Shown: positions 46,261 to 53,809 of the stretch, in pieces | Layout of the letters: each line of letters begins with the position of its first letter | Position numbering within the stretch: position 1 is the first letter of the stretch | NCBI GenBank assembly: GCA_045645065.1 | Contig: JAZRIB010000010.1 | Location: 12,196 to 76,195, forward strand | DNA from: Candidatus Enterousia sp. | GTDB taxonomy: Bacteria; Pseudomonadota; Alphaproteobacteria; Rs-D84 | DNA length: 64,000 nucleotides | Reading direction: 5' to 3' | Notes under the pieces: generated by a model | The model's input: the letters and a program-made list of their open reading frames with translations, nothing else | Told to the model about the DNA's origin: nothing | Database searches by the model: none | Made by a program: the position numbers and the translations under genes

Positions 46261-47081
46261 TTGACAATGTTGCAAATTTACCACCGGTGTCGGAAATGAT
46301 GCGCGCATCAGGATTAGAACCAAAAAAACAGTTTGGGCAAAATTTTTTGTTTGATTTGAATTTAACAGGTCGAATTGCACGCAGTGTACCAGACATTGAA
46401 AAAACAACTGTTATCGAAGTCGGCCCAGGCCCTGCAGGATTAACACGCGCATTACTGATGGCGGGCGCGCAACGTGTTATCGCAATCGAAAAAGACAAAA
46501 CAACAGAACCAATATTATCAAAAATTATTGACGCGGCCGCAGGACGATTGAATGTAATCTTTGATGATGCGTTGCGCGTAAATTTTTCAAATCTGGGGGT
46601 TGATGAATATGCAATATGTTCTAATCTGCCGTATAATGTTGGTACAGAACTGTTAATTGGATGGTTGCATAAAATAGCAGCAGGCGAAAAGATAAAATCA
46701 TTGACACTGATGTTCCAAAAAGAAGTCGCTATGCGAATTACTGCACATCCAGGACATGAACACTATGGACGATTGGCGGTATTGACGTCTTTGGTTGCAG
46801 ATGCACGAATTTTATTTGATGTTCCAAATACAGCATTCGTTCCCCGACCAAAGGTACAAAGTGCAGTTGTACAGATTGTCCCGAACCCTGAAAAAATTTC
46901 AAAACTGCGTGATTTGAAAAAAATAGAACAATTAACAGCAAGACTGTTTGGTCAGCGACGTAAAATGGTACGCGCAATTATGCCAAATGTTGATTGGAAA
47001 AAATATGGATTAGATGGTACAGAACGCGCAGAAACAATCGCACCAGAAACATTTGCCTTGATAGCGATAGATTTGTTATAG
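46257..47081 (+). CDS. rsmA: 16S rRNA (adenine1518/1519-N6)-dimethyltransferase
   Basis: KKQFGQNFLFD, VIEVGPGPAGLT and NLPYNVGT blocks. The start is in an ATGA overlap with the recR stop. Confidence 0.95.
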   Translation: MIDNVANLPPVSEMMRASGLEPKKQFGQNFLFDLNLTGRIARSVPDIEKTTVIEVGPGPAGLTRALLMAGAQRVIAIEKDKTTEPILSKIIDAAAGRLNVIFDDALRVNFSNLGVDEYAICSNLPYNVGTELLIGWLHKIAAGEKIKSLTLMFQKEVAMRITAHPGHEHYGRLAVLTSLVADARILFDVPNTAFVPRPKVQSAVVQIVPNPEKISKLRDLKKIEQLTARLFGQRRKMVRAIMPNVDWKKYGLDGTERAETIAPETFALIAIDLL

Positions 47082-47117
47082 TATAAATATAAGTATGTGG
47101 GGAGAGAGGAAAAAGTT

Positions 47118-48827
47118 ATGCCGATTTCTGTTTTAATATTTTTGGCTGTTTTGTTTGTGTTAGTATACGCGTTGCGTCGTTTGCATATTGGTGCATTGGT
47201 TGCATTCTTGTTTACCGGCATTTTGTCTGGGCCATATATGCTGAATTTGTTTGAACTGAATGAAACATGGCAATTTTTAGGCGATATTGGGATTATGTTT
47301 TTGTGGTTTACGTTGGGGCTGGAAATCAACCTGCGCAGACTGATGAATTTGCGTCGCACAATTTTTAGTTTTGGTGCCGCCCAGGTTTTAATGGTCGCAA
47401 CAATGCTTTTCCCACTGTTGTTCGGTATGACAGTTTGGTCTGTGATGGGGTGCGTAATGGTTTCATTGATGTTGGCTATGTCCAGCACATCATCTGCGAT
47501 GGATTTGTTAGTGTCACGAAATCAATTAAACACATTTATGGGACGACAGACTTTTTCTATATTATTATTCCAGGATTTGTTATCGATTCCACTGTTGGCT
47601 ATGTTACCAGTATTTGCAGGTAAAAGTTTTGATTTAGGGGCAAGTGCAATTGACATTACAGTTATATCTGTTGCATTGGTGGTCGGTGTTGTTGTTATTG
47701 GACGTTTTGTACTGAACCCGTTGTTAAATTTAGTTGCCAGACTTAAATCAAATGAAACATTCTTGTTGGCAGTAATGTTGAACATTGTGATATGGGCTGT
47801 GCTGCTGGATTTATTAGGATTGCCCGCAGGATTGGGGGCTTTCATGGCGGGTATGTTAATGTCTGAAACAATATACCATCATCAAATAGATGCACAAATC
47901 AGACCATATGCAACAATGTTTTTAGGGTTGTTCTTTATTGTGCTGGGGCTGGGGTTTAATCTGAATATACTGTGGGAAAACTGGTACATTATATTGGGTG
48001 GGGTAATCGGTTTAGTCGCATTAAAATTTGCAGCCATATTCATGGTGGCACGTGTGCGCAACGTAGATATTCCAAACGCAACAATGATTGCTTTGTTACT
48101 GGCAAACGGTGGTGAATTTGGTTTGTTAATGTTACAAACACTAAAAACCGCTGAAATTCACGCAATTCCAGCCGCACACCAAGAAATTTTGTCTGCTATA
48201 ATTGTGTTATCTATTATGATTACACCTTTGTTGTTGATGGGATACGATTATTTGCGTCGCACAGGCAAAATCACTGGACATCATTTTTCGCGTATATCAG
48301 ATGACAAGATATCTAAAACACCACCACAGGTGATGATTTGCGGTTTTGGGCGCGTCGGACAAATTGTTGCACAAACACTTGAAAAACAAAACATTCCATA
48401 CATTGCAATCGACATGGACGTCAGTACAATTATGATTGCGCGCGAACGCGGTCAAAATGTTGTCTATGGCGATGCAACCAACGAACAAGTTTTACGTGAT
48501 TTTGGTTTACATCCACGGAAAATACGTGCTGTTGTTGTTGCACTGGACAACGCTGGAACTGCACGTAAATCAGTTGGTGCAATAAAATCTGTGGCACCAC
48601 GAATCAAGATTTTTGCACGCGCACGAAATTTGGCAGATTCACGCGTTTTGTTAAAAGACGGTGTATTTTCTGCAACACCAGAAACAATTGAATCGTCTTT
48701 CTTTTTGGGACGCTGTGTATTAAATTATCTGGGGGCATCTGATACGCGTATCAAAAAAATGCTGACAGAGATGCGTTCTGATAATTATTCAGATGTGTCT
48801 GTGAAAATATTGGACACACAACAGTAA
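47118..48827 (+). CDS. Monovalent cation:proton antiporter-2 (CPA2, KefB/KefC-like) with C-terminal RCK/TrkA-N domain
   Basis: Polytopic Na_H_exchanger-like core followed by VMICGFGRVGQIVA (Rossmann GxGxxG of RCK). The start is set at ATG 47118 behind GGAGAGAGGA. Confidence 0.85.
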   Translation: MPISVLIFLAVLFVLVYALRRLHIGALVAFLFTGILSGPYMLNLFELNETWQFLGDIGIMFLWFTLGLEINLRRLMNLRRTIFSFGAAQVLMVATMLFPLLFGMTVWSVMGCVMVSLMLAMSSTSSAMDLLVSRNQLNTFMGRQTFSILLFQDLLSIPLLAMLPVFAGKSFDLGASAIDITVISVALVVGVVVIGRFVLNPLLNLVARLKSNETFLLAVMLNIVIWAVLLDLLGLPAGLGAFMAGMLMSETIYHHQIDAQIRPYATMFLGLFFIVLGLGFNLNILWENWYIILGGVIGLVALKFAAIFMVARVRNVDIPNATMIALLLANGGEFGLLMLQTLKTAEIHAIPAAHQEILSAIIVLSIMITPLLLMGYDYLRRTGKITGHHFSRISDDKISKTPPQVMICGFGRVGQIVAQTLEKQNIPYIAIDMDVSTIMIARERGQNVVYGDATNEQVLRDFGLHPRKIRAVVVALDNAGTARKSVGAIKSVAPRIKIFARARNLADSRVLLKDGVFSATPETIESSFFLGRCVLNYLGASDTRIKKMLTEMRSDNYSDVSVKILDTQQ

Positions 48828-48845
48828 TAAAATCCTTGAAAAAAA

Positions 48846-48870
48846 GTCCCTGGAAAGGGACATTTTGTTT
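48846..48870 (+). terminator. Rho-independent terminator after the CPA2 gene
   Basis: GTCCC-tggaaa-GGGAC hairpin followed by ATTTTGTTT. Confidence 0.6.
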
Positions 48871-48918
48871 GCAATTATATGCTATGATTGCTATATTTCA
48901 GTGAAACAGGAAAGTATC

Positions 48919-49458
48919 ATGAAAAAGATTATTACAATTTTATCAATTATATTGGGTATCGTTGTACTGGACGCGATAAGCAAAGGGATATTGTTATATC
49001 TTATTACTGGTGGAATCCCATTAATGGGGGCGGCATGGGATTTGGTGCCACATCCATACTTGATGGCACATGTAACAAATTTCTTTAACATCGTTTTTAC
49101 ATGGAATTTTGGAACTGCGTTTTCACTGTTTAATTCGTTGGGCGAATTCGCACCAATTGCGTTAATAATTATGACAGGAATGATTATCGCGCTTATTTTA
49201 TATTACCTGATTAAACGCGCCCAAAGATTTGAAATTGTACCACTGGCATTGGTTGCAGGCGGGGCAATTGGAAATTTACTGGATAGAATAAGATTTGGTG
49301 CAGTGGTTGATTTTTTGGACTTTCATATTGGCGCATATCGTTGGCCAGCATTTAATGTCGCAGATGTATGTATTGTTGTTGGTGTGGGCTTATATATCAT
49401 GGGATGGTATATCGCACGCAAAAAGTGTCTGGAAAATTGTAACAAAGGGTGTAAATAA
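48919..49458 (+). CDS. lspA: Lipoprotein signal peptidase (signal peptidase II)
   Basis: Four-TM layout, NFGTAFSL (N.G.AF) and GGAIGNLLDRIRFGAVVDFLDF...FNVAD blocks. The start is set at ATG 48919. Confidence 0.9.
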   Translation: MKKIITILSIILGIVVLDAISKGILLYLITGGIPLMGAAWDLVPHPYLMAHVTNFFNIVFTWNFGTAFSLFNSLGEFAPIALIIMTGMIIALILYYLIKRAQRFEIVPLALVAGGAIGNLLDRIRFGAVVDFLDFHIGAYRWPAFNVADVCIVVGVGLYIMGWYIARKKCLENCNKGCK

Positions 49459-49460
49459 TT

Positions 49461-51020
49461 ATGGTTCAATATATGGATAAAAATTCTGGGTTTGCCCAGT
49501 GGAATGCAGACAAAAATGCAAATACTAAAAAATCACCATTTGGTGGATTTTTATGGTGGTTTTTAATCTTTGTTGCAATTTGGTGGTTGTTGGGTTCATG
49601 GATGACACCACAAACAACAAATGTTCAACCAGAAAAATCAGCAACGGTTGATTTATCAAGTGTACCAACATCAATTGTTGAAAATGAAGATATTTCCGCA
49701 ACAATCCAGGGATTACGCATATCAGACATTGCATTAAAGAAATTTAATGTTACCGCATCAGATAAAACACCTGTTACACTGTTGGGGGCAGATAACGCAT
49801 ATGCAGAATTTGGTTTGGTGACAAATGGAACAACAGCACCAACCGCAACAACAATATGGAAAAACAAAGACGGTGCATTTACATGGCGTAATTCTGATGG
49901 CATAGAATTTACACGTACAATTACATCTGATAATTACGTCATTATCATTAACGACACGATTAAAAACAATTCTAAACAAGATATATCTGTGGCGCAGTAC
50001 GGTCGTATTGTGCGTGCAAATGATGCAAAAGGTTCTGCGGGGGTATCAACCGGTGCAATCGCATACGAAAATAACGATATGGAACGCATTGATTGGCGCA
50101 AAATGGACAAACGTTCATACGCATACACAACAACAAGCGGCTTTGTCGGTTTTGCAGACCAATATTGGGAAACAGTATTGGCACTGGGGAATCTTGACCA
50201 AACGATGACGTTCAAAAAATCAGGTACTGATTATGGCGCAGATGTTGTATCGAACGCCGTTACAATTGCAGCAGGCACAACATCTGATATTTCATATCAT
50301 TTGTACGCAGGTCCACTGGAACCAGACGCATTAGATGCTGCAAATAAATACATTGTGGGTATTGATAACACAATCGATTATGGTTGGTTTGGATTCTTGG
50401 CCCGCCCAATGTTATGGATTATAAATACGCTGAACGCACTGGTGATGAATTATGGTGTGGCGATTATTTTAATGACACTTATTTTACGTATGCTGATGTG
50501 GCCATTAACACGTAAATCATACACATCTATGATTGCAATGCAGAAAATGCAGCCAGAATTACAGCGTATTCAAAAGTTATACGCAAATGATAAAATGCGT
50601 CTGCAAATGGAAATGATGAAAATATATCAATCCCACAAGACATCTCCGATGTCTGGATGTCTGCCAATGCTGATTCAAATCCCAATATTCTTTGCGTTGT
50701 ATAAAGCGTTGTTGATATCTGTTCAAATGCGTAGCGCAAATTTCTTGTGGATTTCAGATTTGGCGGCAATGGATCCGTATTTCGTATTACCAATACTGAT
50801 GGGGGCAACAATGTGGTTGCAACAATATCTGCAAAGCGCACCACAGTCAAAAAATGCCGACAAAAATAACGTCGCCGCCCAAACCCAACGTATGATGCGT
50901 TGGATGCCAATATTGTTTACAATAATGTTTGCATGGATGCCAGCGGGATTAGTACTGTATTGGACAGTATCGAACATATTTGGAATTATCCAAATGTATA
51001 TAATAAAACGACAAAAGTAA
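49461..51020 (+). CDS. yidC: Membrane protein insertase YidC
   Basis: N-terminal TM, a large periplasmic beta-sandwich region, and a C-terminal conserved core (YGVAIILMTLILRMLMWPLT.KSY.SM..MQ..QPE...I...Y..D....Q.EMMK.Y...K..P..GCLP.LIQIPIFFALY). ATG 49473 is an alternative start. Confidence 0.9.
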   Translation: MVQYMDKNSGFAQWNADKNANTKKSPFGGFLWWFLIFVAIWWLLGSWMTPQTTNVQPEKSATVDLSSVPTSIVENEDISATIQGLRISDIALKKFNVTASDKTPVTLLGADNAYAEFGLVTNGTTAPTATTIWKNKDGAFTWRNSDGIEFTRTITSDNYVIIINDTIKNNSKQDISVAQYGRIVRANDAKGSAGVSTGAIAYENNDMERIDWRKMDKRSYAYTTTSGFVGFADQYWETVLALGNLDQTMTFKKSGTDYGADVVSNAVTIAAGTTSDISYHLYAGPLEPDALDAANKYIVGIDNTIDYGWFGFLARPMLWIINTLNALVMNYGVAIILMTLILRMLMWPLTRKSYTSMIAMQKMQPELQRIQKLYANDKMRLQMEMMKIYQSHKTSPMSGCLPMLIQIPIFFALYKALLISVQMRSANFLWISDLAAMDPYFVLPILMGATMWLQQYLQSAPQSKNADKNNVAAQTQRMMRWMPILFTIMFAWMPAGLVLYWTVSNIFGIIQMYIIKRQK

Positions 51021-51028
51021 CATAAATA

Positions 51029-51053
51029 CCCGCCAAACGGCGGGGATTTTTTT
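51029..51053 (+). terminator. Rho-independent terminator after yidC
   Basis: CCCGCC-aaac-GGCGGG hairpin followed by GATTTTTTT. Confidence 0.7.
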
Positions 51054-51186
51054 CGACATATAAAATAAAATCACCGCCGCACAATTACTTGTACGACGGT
51101 GGCTCCCATCCTTCCGATAAACGGAAACTGTACTTGGATGAACGACACATAATTTGCCCAGAAAGCGCGCATATCACGCGCAGGAA

Positions 51187-51522
51187 TTATGCCGCCATTG
51201 CAACGTGTGCATTATCGGACGTAGTCGATGCATCCATAATCTTTTTCGCTTCGGCAAAGACCATTTCTTTGACGCGCAATGCCAAATCACGTGTTTCCAT
51301 GCTTTCGGCTGCAACATCAAAGTTGTCTGTGCGAATTTGCAGTGACACATATGCACCAACCAGTGATGTACGTGCCAAATCTTCGATAGAACGTGGGGCG
51401 TTATTTTTGCCAATTTTCAATTCGTCTGCCAATGATACAATTTGACGATCTTCGTTTACCCAAACTGTTGTTGTTAAAACTTGGTTCAAGGCAATCATAA
51501 TTTCTTTGATATTTTTTGTCAT
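51187..51522 (-). CDS. Hypothetical 111-aa soluble protein, unknown family
   Basis: A strong SD (GGAAGGAGGGG) lies 6 nt upstream of ATG 51522. The ORF is clean and is followed by a hairpin plus U-rich tract. I recognise no motif. Confidence 0.55.
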   Translation of the reverse strand: MTKNIKEIMIALNQVLTTTVWVNEDRQIVSLADELKIGKNNAPRSIEDLARTSLVGAYVSLQIRTDNFDVAAESMETRDLALRVKEMVFAEAKKIMDASTTSDNAHVAMAA

Positions 51523-51821
51523 GTGCGTTCCCCTCCTTCCATGGGATGCGTTTCGGTCAAAATCTTATTCAAATTGTGTATTTACAGTAGTATTTACAAA
51601 ATTCGAACTTTATTTTTTCCTTTGTTTTGTTTTTTGGCAGAATTCCGCAGTTATGCAGTTTTCTGGGCTTTTTATTTCTTTTTCCCTTGTCTATACAAAT
51701 ATCTTAGAACAAAAACGAATCGCAGGTCAAGCACAAAATGTATTTATTTTCATTTTATTTTAATTTTTTTATTTTTTGTTGTAAAAACCATAAAATCCCA
51801 CAAAATAATTATATTTTGTCA

Positions 51822-51850
51822 TTGACAACCATAAACGCCCGTGCTACATT
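51822..51850 (+). promoter_or_regulatory. Near-consensus sigma70 promoter for mraZ
   Basis: TTGACA (51822-51827), a 17-nt spacer, then TACATT (51845-51850), about 60 nt upstream of the mraZ ATG. Confidence 0.55.
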
Positions 51851-51912
51851 CCAATTACGAAGACGGAAAGATAACATCGGGGCGCGCCCCGCGAATAACA
51901 CAAGAATAAGGA

Positions 51913-52362
51913 ATGGCATTATTTCTCTCATCTTATGAAAATCGTTTGGATACTAAGGGACGCATTTCGGTACCGGCATCTTTCCGCGCTTCGGTCGCAA
52001 ATGAAAAATTTCAGGGCGTTGTATTATTTCGGTCTTTTACCAATAATTGCATAGAAGGGTTCGCAATGTCCCGTATGGAACAAATGGCAGCCGCCACCGA
52101 CCAGATGGGCGTTTTTGATGGCGCACTGGACGATTTATCTGCAATGCTGTTTGCAGATGCCCGCCAATTAACATTTGACGTAACAGGTCGCATTGTTATC
52201 CCAGCGGATTTGTTAAAGCATGCCGGCATTACAGACCGCGCCGTGTTTGTTGGCCGTGGGAACAGTTTTCAAATCTGGAACCCTGACGCATTTCGTGCAG
52301 TTCAGGAAAAAGCATTAAACAACCTGCGCACAACCCGCCCAAACCTTAAAATTTCGTTATAA
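51913..52362 (+). CDS. mraZ: Transcriptional regulator MraZ
   Basis: MALFLSSYENRLDTKGRISVPASFR plus a second SpoVT/AbrB-like repeat (FDVTGRIVIPADL). The duplicated DxxGR motif is diagnostic. Confidence 0.9.
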   Translation: MALFLSSYENRLDTKGRISVPASFRASVANEKFQGVVLFRSFTNNCIEGFAMSRMEQMAAATDQMGVFDGALDDLSAMLFADARQLTFDVTGRIVIPADLLKHAGITDRAVFVGRGNSFQIWNPDAFRAVQEKALNNLRTTRPNLKISL

Positions 52363-52388
52363 AAAAACCCGCATTAGCGGGATTTTTT
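52361..52388. terminator. Bidirectional terminator between mraZ and plsX
   Basis: CCCGC-atta-GCGGG hairpin with A7 before and T6 after. Confidence 0.7.
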
Positions 52389-52389
52389 A

Positions 52390-53454
52390 TTATTGTTCTT
52401 TCTTTAATTGTTCACGGATTGATTCAACCGATTTTGCGCGTTCCGCAATCAGACCGTTCAAATTCGCGTGAATCAGGTCAGACGCATACTTTAACGAATT
52501 CGCAAATGCCAATGCATCACTGTTACCATGCGTTTTTACCGCAAACCCCTTTAGCCCCAGGAACACCGCACCCGCATATGAACGCGGGTCGATTTTATGT
52601 TTCAAACGCTTAAACACATGAACCAAGAAAAACGCACCCATCATTGCCAAGATTGATTTCTTGAAATTTTCAACGATAACACGCTTTATCAATTTGGCGG
52701 TACCTTCGACTGTTTTTAATACGATATTGCCTGTAAAGCCGTCGGTGACAACAACCTGAACCTTGCCTGCGCTGATATCGTTCGCCTCTACAAAGCCCAG
52801 ATATTCATACGGCAATTCATCTTTGTGTTCTGTCAAAACGTGATTCAAATGAACCAGGGTTTCATTACCCTTGGTTTCTTCGGACCCGATGTTCAACACA
52901 CCCAATTTTGGCTTTGGCATTTTACCGATAACTTCGGCATAAACACTGCCCAGAACTGCAAAATCAAACAGGATGGCTTCATCACATTGAACATTCGCAC
53001 CTAAATCCAGCACAACCACACGTTGATCCCCCGCACCCGATGGCAACATTGTTGTAATAGCCGGACGCGCAATACCATCAACGGTTTTCAATGCCAATTT
53101 TGACAGAGACATTAAAACACCGGTATTACCCGCACTGACGACGGCGGCGGCGTTTCCTTCACGTACATCCTTAATCGCCATGTACATTGACGTATCCTGG
53201 GCGTGACGGATAATATCCATAATTTTATCCGTGCCTTTGATAACGTCTGGGGCGTGTACAACCTCTACATTACGGCCAACACGTGGATATTTAGTCAACA
53301 TACGGCGCAGACGCTTTTCGTCACCGAATAAACGGAATTGAACCTTATCCTCGCCATTTTGATATAAAAATTGGTTAATGCCACCCAAGACCGCAGACGG
53401 GCCTTTGTCACCACTCATCGCATCAACCGCTATAATATTCTTTTGTTCTGACAT
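52390..53454 (-). CDS. plsX: Phosphate acyltransferase PlsX
   Basis: IAVDAMSGDKGP, VSAGNTGVLM, the NIGSEE..KGN blocks and ...HGNSD near the C-terminus. Confidence 0.95.
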   Translation of the reverse strand: MSEQKNIIAVDAMSGDKGPSAVLGGINQFLYQNGEDKVQFRLFGDEKRLRRMLTKYPRVGRNVEVVHAPDVIKGTDKIMDIIRHAQDTSMYMAIKDVREGNAAAVVSAGNTGVLMSLSKLALKTVDGIARPAITTMLPSGAGDQRVVVLDLGANVQCDEAILFDFAVLGSVYAEVIGKMPKPKLGVLNIGSEETKGNETLVHLNHVLTEHKDELPYEYLGFVEANDISAGKVQVVVTDGFTGNIVLKTVEGTAKLIKRVIVENFKKSILAMMGAFFLVHVFKRLKHKIDPRSYAGAVFLGLKGFAVKTHGNSDALAFANSLKYASDLIHANLNGLIAERAKSVESIREQLKKEQ

Positions 53455-53462
53455 AGTATATT

Positions 53463-53507
53463 AAAAAACGGCAGAATAACCACGATGTGCCCGTGGTCAT
53501 ATCTGCC
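53463..53507 (-). terminator. Strong hairpin plus U-run between rpmF and plsX (terminator/attenuator)
   Basis: On the minus strand: GGCAGATATGACCACG-ggcaca-TCGTGGTTATTCTGCC followed by GTTTTTT, ending 8 nt before the plsX ATG. Confidence 0.6.
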
Positions 53508-53524
53508 CTAAAATTTAGGTTAAA

Positions 53525-53674
53525 TTATTTCGCACCACAGGCCGCACAAACGTGATGTGGACGTTTCTTTTCACCGCAAACCTTGCATACACCACATGGC
53601 ATTACAGACAATGCATCATGTGAACGACGCTGGGCGCTGCGTGCTTTACTTGTTTTACTTTTTGGCGTTGCCAT
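53525..53674 (-). CDS. rpmF: 50S ribosomal protein L32
   Basis: Hand translation gives MATPKSKTSKARSAQRRSHDALSVMPCGVCKVCGEKKRPHHVCAACGAK (49 aa). It has the (A)VPK.KTSK.R...RRSH start and a CxxC...CxxC zinc ribbon. The gene falls below the ORF-track cutoff. Confidence 0.85.
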   Translation of the reverse strand: MATPKSKTSKARSAQRRSHDALSVMPCGVCKVCGEKKRPHHVCAACGAK

Positions 53675-53809
53675 TTTATTATCCTTTTATATTTTACGAT
53701 TGCTTATTTTATTCAAATAATCCCATTTTGCAAGCAAAAGTTTACATTAGTGGTTAGTGCAAGTGGTTAGTGATTAGTGTTTTGCTAACCACTTACACAA
53801 TAGCCTTTA

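Noticed and set aside
51085-51135. An SRP (4.5S) RNA-like GGAAGGA motif on the minus strand (…TATCGGAAGGATGGGAGCC…).
   Set aside because: The flanks do not form the helix-8 GNRA-tetraloop stem (UCC-GGAA-GGA pairing fails). No symmetric or asymmetric loop pattern or closing helix could be drawn. The region is more simply the 3' UTR and terminator of the 111-aa gene.
51523-51912. The AT/T-rich 390-bp intergenic region as a replication origin.
   Set aside because: I could not find DnaA boxes (TTATCCACA-like) or an ordered array of repeats. The neighbouring genes are not typical alphaproteobacterial oriC markers (hemE, dnaA, parAB).
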